DNA of 64,000 nt from Paramecium tetraurelia (lineage: Eukaryota): positions 1-64,000 of the forward strand of contig CT868396.1 in assembly GCA_000165425.1 (NCBI GenBank), written 5' to 3'. The notes beneath the pieces were generated by a model. That model did not search any database. It saw only the letters and a list, made by a program, of their open reading frames with translations, and was not told the origin of the DNA. A program made the translations under genes and the position numbers. Positions 24,263 through 37,657 of the stretch are shown here, one piece after another. Position 1 is the first letter of the stretch, and each line of letters starts with the position of its first letter.

Positions 24263-25220
24263 TCAATCAAAAAATTGTTCTAACTATTTTTCGATTAGAG
24301 TACAATATTGGCTATCAATAAGTACAGGAGTCTCGGATCGAAAAAAGTATATATATAGGGTTTAGTTTTCAAATTTGGAATGAAACTATAAGAATGTTAA
24401 AATAGGTTACCCATCCTGTTATTGAAATACCAGCTTCATAATTTCCACTTCCTTAAATGCAATTGGCTTTGAATTCCCCTACGTATCTTGTATTATCATT
24501 AAAAATTAATTCCCCTTTTCCGTGCATCTTTCCTTTAAGCACACTTCCTTTGTAAATGCACTTATTTGCATACTCAAATTGGCCATAACCTTAAATTTTC
24601 CCTTCATTAAACTGTCCTTTATATATCGTTCCATTTTTCCTAATTTCAGTTCCCTCTCCAGTTAATTTATTATTCAACCAAAATCCACACACTTATTTTT
24701 TAGAGTTTACAAATCTTCCCAATCCATTAGCAATATTATTGAGAAAGTTACCAACAAAACTATATGTATATTTATTATTTACTAATCTCCATTTGGATAT
24801 ATCATCCGAGCTCTTCCAGTCAATTAATTATCAACCCAAGTCCTAAAGATTGAAAATTTATATCAATACCCTTCTAATAAGTTCCCCTCCTTTGGCCAAT
24901 GCTATTTTCCAATACCTTATCGTTTTCCATTGATTACTTATCCAAAATATATGCTTTGGTCTGGCATAAGCAAATACTGGCCTTAAATATTTTAGAATAA
25001 TTCCCCAAGCTAATCATACACTTCCTAAACTTTGGGAAGAAATTCGCCCAAACCACATACATTCATCCCAATTTATAAGAATTAGTCCTAAAAATCAGAC
25101 AGATCTGCTTCTGTTTATATTGTCGTATGATTATCTTAAATATTTTCCTAAAGTACATGAGTTTGGTATTTCGATATTAAATTGCTTAATGTCTTATTCT
25201 TTGTTTGTTACACATCCCAT
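24263..25220 (-). CDS. MORN-repeat protein with N-terminal acylation motif
   Basis: Starts MGCVTNK; repeats such as IYFGQVINGKRQGIGKQHWP, YVGEFKANCIQGSG; several 22-27 nt introns. Confidence 0.88.
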
Positions 25221-25356
25221 TTTAATCGTATTCAATTATTTAATATAAAAACAAAACTAATGAAAAGTTTAACATTTTATTATTTCAAACTTAATTTACA
25301 TGTATATCTTAAAACAATGCACATAAGTTACATATAATTCTCCATCATGTAATCAA

Positions 25357-25460
25357 TGATGTAATTGACCTGGCACCTTTTGTGAAAGTGGTGTGTCAAA
25401 TATATCTAATATTTTGTTTTCCTCCCATAAAAATGGAAGGGAGGAAAACAGTATTATTTT
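25357..25460 (-). ncRNA. Candidate two-hairpin H/ACA-type small RNA
   Basis: GC-rich island in an AT-rich intergenic region. Hairpin TGTTTTCCTCCC/GGGAGGAAAACA, hinge containing ANANNA (ATATTA), second hairpin TTGAC-[ACACCA]-CTTT-CACA-AAAG-[GTGCCAG]-GTCAA, and ACA 14 nt below the upper stem. Confidence 0.5.
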
Positions 25461-25684
25461 TTAATTGATTGGTTAGAGATAAGTAATAATTATTTGATAA
25501 TTATTCTAAAATAATTCTAAAATTATAAAATATAAATTAATACAATAATAATATTCAGAATATTTTAGAGAGTGAATGAATAGTTCATATCTAATTTAAA
25601 AATGCAGAATAAGGGATTGAAGATCAAATATATATTTATTTTAGTAAATAAAAATATTAATTACTGAATTATTTATATAATTAA

Positions 25685-26961
25685 ATGAGTTTAACACGAA
25701 ATGGGTCTAAAATGTCAAGACATGGAAGATTTACAAATTCTCAAATTTTAGATTTGAAGAAGACAAAAATATTTCCTCAATCCAGTAAACATTCCGATTC
25801 GCCAACTGGAATATTTTTGAGTTAATCCAAAGCCCCAGATTATGGATAAGCGCATTTGTTAAATAATGAGGCTCTCAAAAACAAGATCAAAGAAAAGAGA
25901 ATCCCAAAATCTATTGATACGGAAGTGTTATTGAATAAATTGGTTACAAGAGTAGAATCTAAAATTGGTTAATCTCCCTTTAAAAAGAAGATGATGGCAA
26001 TCAATCCAACGATTGAAATTCCTTCTCAACTAAAGCCATATTCCCTTACTCCATAGTCTCGAACTTCAACCTTCTAAATCTAAAGTCCTACTTCGAAGCC
26101 CCGATCATCAAGCCAAAACAAAAGAATAGAAATTTATTATTTAAGTAAGTTGTAAAAAGCATTTGACAACAACGGATCAGATTATTTTTCTCGAATTTAT
26201 CGAGAACATTTCCACCAAACCTATTAAGGATTAAATAATAGATTTTTTCCCCAAAATAACAATGATTACAATAGATCAAATAAGCTGACTAAAAAGTGTT
26301 AATGTAAATTTAAGTTTAATATTATAGAGCAAATAACACTATTCTTTGATTTGGATGAAACTTTAGTACATTGCAATGAGAATCCGTCCATACCTTGCGA
26401 TGTGATCTTGGATATAAACGTCTCAAAGAATCAGGTCGTAAAAGCTGGAATAAATATTCGTCCTTATGCCAAGGAATTGCTGAGGAACTTATCGAAAAGT
26501 TTTGAAATTATAATTTTCACAGCATCCCATAATTGCTATGCAGAGAAAGTAATAGAAATTAATATGCTTAGGTCTGTAATTTTTTGGATCCGGAGTAGAA
26601 TATCATAAGTCATCGTTTGTATCGTGAGAGTTGTACTTTGACAAACAACTCGTTGTATACAAAGGACTTGAAGATTTTCTGTGACAACACCAATAGACCC
26701 CTGAGTTAAGTAGCTTTGATTGACAATGCTTCGTACTCTTATGCCTGGTAGGTGGATAATGGTATTCCAATCATTCCATTTTACGACAACAAGGAGGATA
26801 AAGAATTGTTGGACTTGGAGAAGTATCTTAAGAATATGATTGGGACGATTGATGTTAGAGAGTACAATAAAAGTCATTTAAAATTGAACTAGTTCATAGA
26901 CTAGAGGGGACCTTATAGGGTATTAGAAAGTTTGTTCGGGAAGCAGCAATAGCCCTAATGA
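25685..26961 (+). CDS. CTD small phosphatase-like (NIF/SCP, HAD family)
   Basis: DLDETLVH motif, RPYAKELL, FEIIIFTAS, YTKDLKIF, IDNASYSY..Q.DNGIPIIPFYDNKEDKELLDL. Confidence 0.93.
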
Positions 26962-27080
26962 ACATGAAATATCTTTTTTAATTATATTGCGAATAAATGG
27001 ATCTCTATCTATAAAAAATAAATTGTCACAAATTAAAAGTGATTTGATTTTAAAATTAAAGATTTTAAATATTCTTTAAA

Positions 27081-27904
27081 ATGTCGTAAAAGAAAGCTTA
27101 AATCCAAGTGGAGTATGCAATTCTAATAATTTAGATAAAAAGTGCCTGAGAGTATTGTCAAGAAAACTTAAAGAGATTCAAAATTAAGAGACCTTGTTGT
27201 CAAGAGAAGAGCAGAGAGATTGGGATAAAACAAAGTTAGAAGAGCTTAATTGGAGAAGAATGCCCAAGCTTATGAAGCAGAATACAAGGCATCCGAAAAG
27301 AGTTTAGTTGATAGCATTCGTAAGGCAAAGAGTGAAGGAGGATTTTATGTTCCAGCTGAGGCTAAGTTGATGCTTATCATTAGAATTAGAGGGTATGAAA
27401 ATTGAAGATTAATTTTAGTATCAACACATTGAACCCATAGGTGAGACAAACCCTAAGACTTTTGAAATTGAGATAATTGCATAATGCTGCATTTGTTAGA
27501 ATCAACAAAGCAACCATTGAAATGATCAGAAAAGTAGAGCCATACATCACCTATGGATATCCATCAAGAACAGTGATTAAGAATTTGATTTACAAGAGAG
27601 GATATGCCAAAGTTAATGGTCAAAGAATTCCATTGACATAAAACACAATTATTGATTAATAACTTGGAAAATTAGGCATTCACGGCATTGAAGATCTTAT
27701 CCATGAGATCACTACAGTGGGACCACATTTCAAAGAAGCAAACAGATTTTTATGGTATGAAAATGAAGTTATCAATACAATAGGGCATTTAAATTGAGAG
27801 GACCAAGAGGAGGATTCATTGCTAAGAGAAAATCATTCATCAATCAAGGAGATTGGGGAAACAGAGAAGATCTCATCAATGATCTTGCCAAAAGAATGAT
27901 CTGA
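27081..27904 (+). CDS. RPL7: 60S ribosomal protein L7 (uL30)
   Basis: [100 protein letters not shown]; 3 introns. Confidence 0.97.
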
Positions 27905-28045
27905 CAATTGAGTAGATTAATATCTATACAGTATAATAAATACATTAACTTATTAAATCATTAGATGTAGGTTTCGAATTGAAATTTGCAAAACTTATAA
28001 AAATAAGAAAACTATAAAACAGTAATATTATAAATATACATATAA

Positions 28046-29933
28046 ATGTCTGAACATTGGACTACTAAATAAATTGACAAATACATTATTGTCAATAAGA
28101 AATTAGGAAGTGGAGCCTTTGGAACCGTCTTTAGAGGTTTTAAGAAAAATGATGAAACCAAACAAGTTGCAGTGAAAGCAATCTCAATAGCAGTATGAAT
28201 ATGTGAATAGTCATATAGAGTATCAAGGATTCGGCCAAGATGGTGGAACATATCAAAAGAGAAATTTCAATTTTATAATCAGCTAATAATCCTCACATTG
28301 TAAAATTATATGATGTTGCTCGAACACCCCATTATTTGTACTTATTCTTGGAATATTGTCACGATGGAGATTTGAAAAAGTATTTGTCAACTAAATATGG
28401 CAGAAGACTCAGTGAAGTATTATTGTATTTACTTTGATCAGGTTGAAGCAGTAATTTTCTTGAAGCATCTTGTTGAAGGATTTCGAACACTTTACCAACT
28501 TAAAATAATACATAGAGACATCAAGCCAGCCAACATATTATTGCATAAAGGAGTAGCTAAAATTACAGATTTTGGTTTTGCTAGAGTTATTGATACTGGA
28601 ATGAATGGTAATTCATATCTCTATTAACAATAGATCCTGCTTACTTTTCAAGAGTTGGATCTCCTCTATACATGGCTCCACAAATTCTGGAAGGTTAGCC
28701 CTTCTCTTCGAAATGCGATGTTTGGTCCATGGGGATTATGTTGTTCGAGATGCTTTATGGCAAACCGCCATGGGATGGAGATAATCAATATAATCTACTG
28801 CAAAATATAAAGAAAACGGCCTTAACAATCCCAGATGCTCCTGTTAGAAGCGATAAGATAAAGCAATTGCTAAAACATATGTTGGTTGTGTCAGAAAAAG
28901 TAATTCAATCTTCACTATAAATAGGATAGGTTCTCATGGGAACAAATCTTTCATCATGAAATTATTCAGATCTAAGAAGCATAAATAAAAAATAATTTAG
29001 AATATTTGATGAAAGAAAAGGATGAATTATCTCGATCAGAGAGTTTGAACAAATTATATATGGAAATGAATTTAGTTGTCGGATATCTTGATTAACCTGA
29101 ATAGATCATTCAAGAACCTTCTTCTCCTTAATCTCTTTAGACTGATGATGGAAAGTAGTCACTTGACGATATTAATAATGAAAAAGTATTCCGTGTTTCA
29201 TTATTAGGGATTACAAATTATCAATCAATACGATGCTGAGCAAAAAAGACGCAAGGCCATGCTAAAATATAATACATACTTTTTATTTGAAAGAAATATT
29301 GCATTCTTTTTTAACTATGTCATCCAAAAGGTAATTAAGATGTCACATCAAGGAATTTTGAAATTGAGTTAGGAACTCTATTATACGACTATATTTTGTA
29401 TCTCCAAAAACTAAAATGTGCATCTCAAAAGAATGTCTGATTAATTGATGTCAAAGAACCCAGAAAAATTTGATAGAGAGACTTGGGGAAGATATTTAAT
29501 CAGCCAGGAATATAAGAAGATATTGACGGTCACCAAAAATGATATTAAGCATACAGAAGATTTTTATTTAGAAATTTATAAGAAAGAAAAATAAATAATA
29601 GAAAAGGAATTAGCATAACCTGATAATAAAAGAGCTACGAAAATTAAGTTAGTCTTAGATGTTAATTTTGATTAAAATACCTTCTTTTAATAATTGTATT
29701 AATAAGTAGTGCAAGAAAGTTTAGAAACCATTAAAACTGTCATCAAACAAACAAAAGACACTGATTCTGCTTACAAAGATTTACTATAATTAGGGTGGTT
29801 TTTAGTTATCTGCTTAAATCCATATTTAGAATTTAAAGACATAAACATGGATTTTAATTAATTTTATGAAGAGATGTAGACATTAACAGAAGTCTAACTT
29901 CAAGAAAAAATAGGGAAACGTTTAGATTTATGA
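28046..29933 (+). CDS. Ser/Thr protein kinase, ULK/Atg1-like ciliate family
   Basis: LGSGAFGTV, VAVK, LEYCHDGDL, HRDIKPANIL, DFGFAR, VGSPLYMAPQ, KCDVWSMG; helical C-terminal domain. Confidence 0.92.
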
Positions 29934-29982
29934 GTATATCAATGTAATATAAAATATCTGTTAACTTTTAATTCATTAATAC

Positions 29983-31404
29983 TCATTGTTATTATTAGTT
30001 TGGTTGATTTTAGGTCGATTTAATCAAAAAATGTTTTTGATTTGTTTAATTTATTTTTTGTTAAGTTTATTAAAAAGTAGATGCTGTTTATTAGTTTTAA
30101 GGGGTTAAACTTTGGCTAAATGTTGAAAATATCTGTGTTTTTTAAATGTCATCAATGTTCAATTTCATCTAAGGCTATTGTTATAAAGGAAATTTGTTCT
30201 CTATAGTCTATTTATTTTTTTATTCTAGATAGTTACTCAAAACTTATCGTGGTATGTCTTTGCCTGTTATTTCACAACTTTGGTAAATTGGAACTCCAAA
30301 GTTAAATTCTCCTTCTATAGTTATATTTTAATCTGGTATGACTAGAGTGCCCTAACCATGATATTAATCATTTAACCAATATCCAGTATATTTGGCTTCC
30401 TTATTATCCCTTGACTTCCAAGTATATGTACCTTCTCCTTATCTCTTTTCGTCTCTGAATCCCCCTTGATATTCATGCCAACCCCAATTCTCATCTGTTG
30501 AAGTCATTTCTCCAGTTCCATTGAGTAAATAATTTTGTCCATCTTTTTCCTTGCATTTTGAGAAGAAACCTTTGAATAAGGTGAATTAAGTTTGTGAATA
30601 AATAATAACTTTGATTCCCCAAAGAAAAATATCCTCATAAAATATGCCATAAAATAATTAATTATTTGAATTCCAAAAGCCAAGTCCTTCTTTTTAATTT
30701 TCATTATTGAGATATCCATAATAATTTTATTTAACAAACTCGCTTTATGAGGTATCATTGAATTTATCACCAACTAAGTGTAAAAAAAGAGGAAAATCAA
30801 TGCAATTACCGATGATTTGTTAAAGTTTTTTGTTTATTTCATTTTACATAGATTTTGTTAAAAACTTTTAGAGAAAATTCTGAAAATTATGTCCAAAATA
30901 TATATCCTATTCATTTCTAAATCTATTGATATCAATTTTTTCCACTAAATTTATTTACTTTTCAAACTTGAGGAGTATTAATAAATCATAGTGGAATTTG
31001 TCTTAAGTCTCTTGAAATTAAAACAATAACTTCAAAATAGATTCTGAACTTCCATTTTCTACTTCCCTTAACATTTTATCAATTTAATTATATTTCTCAT
31101 TATACTCTTTAAAGGTAGACTTCTACTGATCTGTTAAAATAAGATTATCATATGTTTTGCTACTTATTTCAGAAAAATAATATAATAAAGGTTATGAAAT
31201 TTTTAGTAATTCTAATTGATAATTTCTGTAATCCTTCATGTTAATATATTCATCCTTATCCTTAGATAATTTCTAATAACAATCTTCGCATATTGCTAAA
31301 GTTAAACTATTCTTAACTCTTTTGGCAAAATAACAATTCTTATTATTCCTGCAAGTTAAGCAATATAATTTAATATTTCTATTATCTTCTTATGGTTAAA
31401 TCAT
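29983..31404 (-). CDS. MORN-repeat protein with N-terminal CxxC...CxxC motif and Gln-rich tail
   Basis: MIQPQEDNRNIKLYCLTC...AICEDCY; MORN units YQGGFRDEKRQGEGTYTW and YTGYWLNDQYHGQGTL; TGA 29983. Confidence 0.7.
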
Positions 31405-31439
31405 TATATTAAATAATTAAATAATAATATATAATATCA

Positions 31440-31951
31440 TTTCGATTTATATTATTGAAAATTCTAGAACCTTCAATTTTGAAATCTCTATCCTTAGATA
31501 CTACTTATGAAACATAATCAATTTCTTCTTAGTTGAAAATTTAAAAAGTGACTGCTAATCTTTTAAATTCTGTTTCTAATCTATGCTGCATTCTTATGAA
31601 TCTCCCTCTATTTGAAAGGGTCTAAACCCTGTTGCCTTCGTATTATTCACTTTACTGTTTAAACTTTATAAATTTCTAATAAATGGATAGTTTTCCTGGG
31701 GTACATACCTTTATTTTTAACATCTTCACCTAATATTTTCTAACACAAATAACTACCCATAAACCGTAACAGTCAAAGAAATTTAATTGGATATTGATGC
31801 TAAATCCTTCTTACCATGATATTGGATTTTCAACACTTCGAACCTATCATTACCAATTTTACGCGATATATAAATATTTTCCAGAAACAATTTCTATAAC
31901 TTCATTAAGTGAGTCTTGTGCAGTCCTTTTAGCAACATTATTTAATTCCAT
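31440..31951 (-). CDS. Small hypothetical protein
   Basis: MELNNVAKRTAQDSLNEVIEIVSGKYLYR... open in the ciliate code with putative short introns; 3' end uncertain. Confidence 0.4.
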
Positions 31952-32128
31952 ATTTCTTAATCTCTGTAATACTAAATTGTTTAATTATTTTATTTGAGTT
32001 TTTCAAAGAAACTGAATATTAATAGAATTAGAAAATATAAGGTTTACTTAATAAAGTACTTAATCTTCATCCTCAAAACTTAAGTTAGAAAAATGATATA
32101 ATATAATTAATTCACTAATACATTAAAA

Positions 32129-33807
32129 TCAATTGTTTGTGATACGTTTGAGAATAGTTTATTTACTTTTCTCTCTATTCAAACCAAATTTAGACTATTT
32201 AACTACTGGAGATTAATGATGACTTAATTATGGTGAGTAAATATCAATAGAATGAACACTTCCAATTGATTCAATTCTGGCTTTGAATGAAGGTGATTGA
32301 CCTGAAAGGAATAGTGTTGAATCAATTTCCTTTTGTCTTTTTGTCGCGGATTATAAGATATTTTCATTAGAATCATCTGATGATGAATTTGGAGAATTCA
32401 CATGTTTACTTGCTTCAAATACAAAATATCTAAAATAATCTTTGATTATACTGTTGATTAATTTAATTGATCCTTCTCCCAACATCAGATCTCTCATCAG
32501 TTTAACCCAAATCATTATCGCTATCTTCATTGATTTCAGTCTCCTCCATCTTCTTAGCAACATCACTGATGAAAGAATGATTTAAACAAGTCGAAACATC
32601 TATCCTTTATTTAGGATCCTTTTCTAACATTTTTTTCAACAGATCCATCGCATCATCTGGTAAGTTTTCAAATTATTTTATAGAAAAATCAATCACAGCC
32701 TCTCGGTTTAGCTTGATCATTCTTCTATATGTTTTAGCTGGAAATGCTGGTCTTCCGGATAGTAAAATGTAAAAAACTAGACCCAGACTATATATATCAC
32801 AAATGGATGAGTATTTTAATTTTCCATCCTTGTTATTAATTACTTCTGGAGCCACGTAACCTGGAGTTCCACATCTATAGTATAAATATTTATTTTGATT
32901 AACATGAGTAGCCAACCCAAAGTCTGCTATCACTACTGATGGTAATTCACTAATAATAGTTCTTCAATTTACTTCTATGATTTGAATAGAATATTTTCTA
33001 ATTTGATGTCTCTGTGCATAATCTCCTTTTGATGCATTTCCTTTAATCCCAACAAGAGGCCTCCAAGTAACTGTTAGATTTCTTACAATTGAAATAACTT
33101 TTTCTGCCCAATCAAATCAAGCAATGAACCTCCAGATAGCAATTCCAACACCATGTAAATGAAATTGTCACTTTCAAAGACATCATTCAATTTCATTAAA
33201 TGCTCATTATTTAACTCCCTCATAATTTTGATTTCATTTAAAATTGACTCCTTTCCATTCTCTTCACCATAGGCAGCTTATTTTGAAAATACTTTGACTG
33301 CGAATTATTCCCCATCTTCAATTCTTTCTATAAAATAAACCTTATTAATTGATCGTTTATACTGATGCAAAATTGCCTTTTCCTATTTTTTTCAAAACTC
33401 TGAACTAATCATGAAATTTGTACTAATTTATCCTCGATCTCAAAAAATCTCTTAACTCTTTGATTTACATCTCCCCTCCTCCTAATTTTTAACTAATTAT
33501 CCTATTTTCACGATCCAAATTAAATGAGATGCCTATTATCTAATTCAAGCAGTCCTCATCCCCATTCCGACTTTTCTAAGAGTAGAGTATCTCAAACTTG
33601 GTATCGAAATCTAATTTAAGGTATTTTTTGGGGACACATCCAACCTTTCATTAAATATTTTATACACACCTTTCCGTACAATATATATTGATTAAAACAA
33701 TATAGCACTCTTTGCTTATAATTCTACTTATTTAGGGTGAACTTCATCAGTGGGTGGCTGTTTAAGTTAATATTCTTGGGTATCTTAACCCAAATTTTTT
33801 GATTCAT
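32129..33807 (-). CDS. CAMK-group protein kinase with N-terminal PH-like region
   Basis: KKIGKGNFAS, FAVKVFSK, MHRDIKLENIL, ADFGLA, CGTPGYVAPE, CDIYSLG. Confidence 0.92.
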
Positions 33808-34071
33808 TACTAATTTAATTATAATGGATTATTCATGTATTTTAATCGTTTTGATAACCACAATAATTCAGAAAATATAGTATTTTTATTTAAACAAATT
33901 AACTAGATTTTAATTAAATCGTCATCTTACAATTACCCTAAAAACAAATAATATAACTTACCTACATTTTAACTGAAATTTCATTTTCAGTATAAAATCC
34001 ACTTCACAGTATTTTCACCAATATATCTTCATCTAGTTCATTAATGAATTAAGCATAATTATATTAACTTT

Positions 34072-34144
34072 GGGAGTATAGCTCAGTTGGGAGAGCGTAA
34101 GACTGAAGATCTTAATGTCATGGGTTCGATCCCCATTGTTCCCA
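34072..34144 (+). tRNA. tRNA-Phe(GAA)
   Basis: Canonical 73-nt cloverleaf GGGAGTA...TAAGA CTGAAGA TCTTA...ATGGG TTCGATC CCCAT TGTTCCC A, followed by T6. Confidence 0.97.
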
Positions 34145-34279
34145 TTTTTTGATAATTTAGTTTAAAAAGTGATCAAGTATTTTTGTAGAATTAATTTCAT
34201 TTTTAACATGTCTTGATTATAATGTGACAAATGATTATACTTAAGTTTTAAACAGTTTATAAATTACACAAATAATACA

Positions 34280-35280
34280 TCAAAGTTCATACTCGTCATC
34301 TGAAATTTGTCCTTTAAACTTTCTTACTCTTCTGTTCCATTTAACTACGTTTAAATTATTTGAATACTTTCATGTTTAGAGATGTAAGGATCCGAGAGCA
34401 ATTCTTAAACTGTTAATCCTAGATGGGAATCTAACTCTCTGACTTCACAAATGACCAACTAATTTGCATTTGTTTAAGCCAAAACATCTAAGTTACTTAA
34501 AATTATATCATTTGAATCTGCGAACGATTCAATAAAGTCTTGATGAATTTGAACATTGACTTTCAGCATGGTAACTTTGATTGGTTTTAAATACTTTGCC
34601 ATTAACATTTGTTCCTTTTACAATTATTTCACATCTAAGAAATGATTAATAGGCATATTTACTTTCAGTCATATTCTTTTTAATCTTCTTTTTCAAAGGT
34701 ACTTGTGCCATTTAATTCAAGTACTTAAGACTTTTCTTTCGATTTCTGTCTGAGTAGATCGCAATATCAAAACAACCCTTAGTTTATTCAGTTTACAATA
34801 AACAATTATTTTTGAGGATCTATCTGAGCTTGAGTTCCGAGGCTTTGCTGATAAGTGAGAAAAGGTTCTTTTGTTCGAGCTCCTCTTTTGAGTTTATTTC
34901 TAAAATGTTTCTGGATATATGATCAGACAGAACTAATTTTAATGGATAAGTATACTAAATTATCCTTGATGATTGAGTATCATAACGCCTGTATTTGAGG
35001 CATTACACTTAGTTTTGTATTCCAAAAAGTTATTGGTATTAGTCACAGCTGCACGTTCAGTTGTCAATTAACTTTGAAGAAAAGAGTGTAATTCATTCAA
35101 TATCTCTTCCTTTTTTTAGTCCTTTTGTGAACATTGCTTACATTAGTAAATGATCTCCAATAGAGCCATCATTTCAATTTAGTTTAATTTTTCCATGCTG
35201 CTTATGTTTTACATTATGAGCTTAGCATCATACTCCTTATTCTTTATCTCCAGCATTTAACTTAAAGCACTTGAAAACAT
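34280..35280 (-). CDS. Hypothetical protein, possibly with a PAS-like fold
   Basis: Intron-containing ORF ending KWNRRVRKFKGQISDDEYEL*; segments GVMILNHQGQF...NLFSLISKAS..L..IL resemble a PAS core. Start uncertain. Confidence 0.5.
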
Positions 35281-35934
35281 TTAATGATTTTATTATTGTC
35301 GATTGGACTAAATTCCCAGCTTATAAACTGAATTTGACTGAAATTTGATTTAGTGATATTTGAACTAAATGTTAACTAGAATTTAGTTCAAATTTTATTT
35401 GCTGATTTTTAAATTTAAGGTTTTATGATTTCTCACACCTTCTTTATTACTCTTCTAGCCCAAAACATTTGATATTCTAATCTAACGACCTTTTTTACAT
35501 AACTTAAGATAAATTTTAACTGCTTTGAAATTAGTTTATAATTATTTTTATGTCTATATTTCGTAAAACACCTATCTGTCTGTTCTACTTTAAATCAAGT
35601 CTTATGATTAGGTGAATGAAAACAAAAATTTGATTGGAAACACTACGATAAAAAATCCAGATTTTGAAATCAGATAAGATCAATAATCTTTGATTATATT
35701 TCAACTTTAAGCACAAATAAATATGATGAGATTAAAGATGAATAAAAAGTTTATTGGTTTTGTATAAAATATAGCACAACTAGAACCATAATCACATCAA
35801 TTAAAAATTGAGAAAGAAAATTATAAGAATTTATCAGAATTTTAAATTTAGGCTGATAGATTTAGATGATGTGGAGAGATTTTAAGGGATTCAAAGTTGA
35901 GATATATAATATGTAATATATTAAACAAAAGTTT

Positions 35935-37527
35935 TCATTTGAACAGTATTTTTTTTAATTCAAATAATGTCAAACTATCTGGTATAAAATTATTCTTTAA
36001 TCTTTTCTTTTGAATAATTTATTAGAGTTGATTAACCAAAAACTTGTAAAGCTTAGTATAAACTGGAAATTAAATTGTTTCTACAGAAATGCATTCATTA
36101 GATTTTTTAAATATTACTTGATGCTAAAATAAATTTATTATTGCTGCTTAAAATTCAATAATGGATTCTGATATAATGATACTTTTTTTTTTAAATAAAT
36201 GTGTTGACAAGTACTCTTTCTTGTTGCTATAAAGGAAGGCTTTTACATCATAAATAATCCCATTCAATTAGTTTAAAATAATGTTAATAAGAAATTATGA
36301 ACAAAATAAAATGAATATAGGAATAACCAATGCAAATATTATAGTGTTACGAATATCCTCCCTAAATACTGCTGCTAATATCTCCAAAAATTCAGCTTCT
36401 TATTTAATTATAAAATTTGTTTTTTAGAGCATTACCATTATGAATGGAGAATTCGAAATGTTCATACTCTCAATTATCAGATTATCTTTATCTAAAGAGT
36501 TATATCTACACAATATATTAGTGGAGATGATATTATCGCAATTACTTACAAATTCTTTTTAATAGTGATGGAAAAGTATCTGTTCAAGGTCAGAACTATC
36601 AAAACCGGAGAACTGAGATTCGTTTAAAAAATATATGGGTTGACTTTTACTATTATAAAGTTCTGATAAAAGCACTTTGCCTTTCTTGTCAATTATTAAA
36701 ATTTGTGTATTATTACCATTAAATTTGGATAAAGTTGCGTAGTCTAATTCAATGCCCTTCACAATGATACCAAGAATACCATCATTTTTATCAAGTAAAT
36801 TAGTAGTCATAGGGAAGTTGATTGCATTAGTGATTATAGCGTAAGGATTAACTATGTAGATGGTTTTGGGGTTGGTGGCGTTGGCAGAAGCATGCAAATG
36901 ATCGAGGTAGTATTATCTTTTTAAGGGATTAAATGTTTTTGGAAATTATAATCCAAGAGTAATACAATATAATTAAGTTGCATTGTTGTTATTAAAATAA
37001 TAGATAGGAGATTTGCCATCTAAAGAAAATCTAAATGATGTTAAATATGAAGTAGTAAGCAAGACGCTCTCAACTCCTAATTTTTTAAAATTATTTGTAG
37101 GCTTCCCAAAGATACCACAAGACACAGAGCTAGTGTAACAATAAGAGTCATTTTGTCTCGGGTCATTTAAACACATCATTGGGTGTTCTTTTACTTTCAA
37201 ACTGTGATTCGCAACGAGAGAATCAAAAAGCTAATTAAAATCTCTGACAAATGAAATCTATTATGCAGTGTGGAATAAGGTTTCTTCCAGCCCTCTTTTG
37301 TATACCCATTGATACTCTAAAGAATTTCTTGTTTGCTTCAAAAATACTTGGTGTGAAAACAAAGTTAGCATCTCATGCAAGTAATTTTAAGAAACCATTA
37401 CAGCGGTTGTTAGTAAGCTAAAGATAAATAAATAAACTATCAGATAGGCTACAAGTATTTGGGTTTTAATCCTCCAATCCTTTTTTAAGTACCACTTCGG
37501 CTGATTCTTTAATTTATTGAGTATCAT
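35935..37527 (-). CDS. Two-TM membrane protein with extracellular dCache sensory domain
   Basis: Intronless 530-aa ORF; TM1 ILVAYLIVYLFIFSLLTTAVMV, Cache signature FNPLKRQYY...VNPY...MTTNLLDKNDGILGIIVKGI, TM2 TIIFALVIPIFILFV. Confidence 0.8.
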
Positions 37528-37657
37528 AAATAATTTAATTCATAAAGATTCCACACCTTATTTAATAAATTGATTATATTATCCAAGGCTGATTAATGAT
37601 TTTAATTGCGAATTTTTTCATTTATATATATACAATCAATGCCTTATCCTGACGAAA

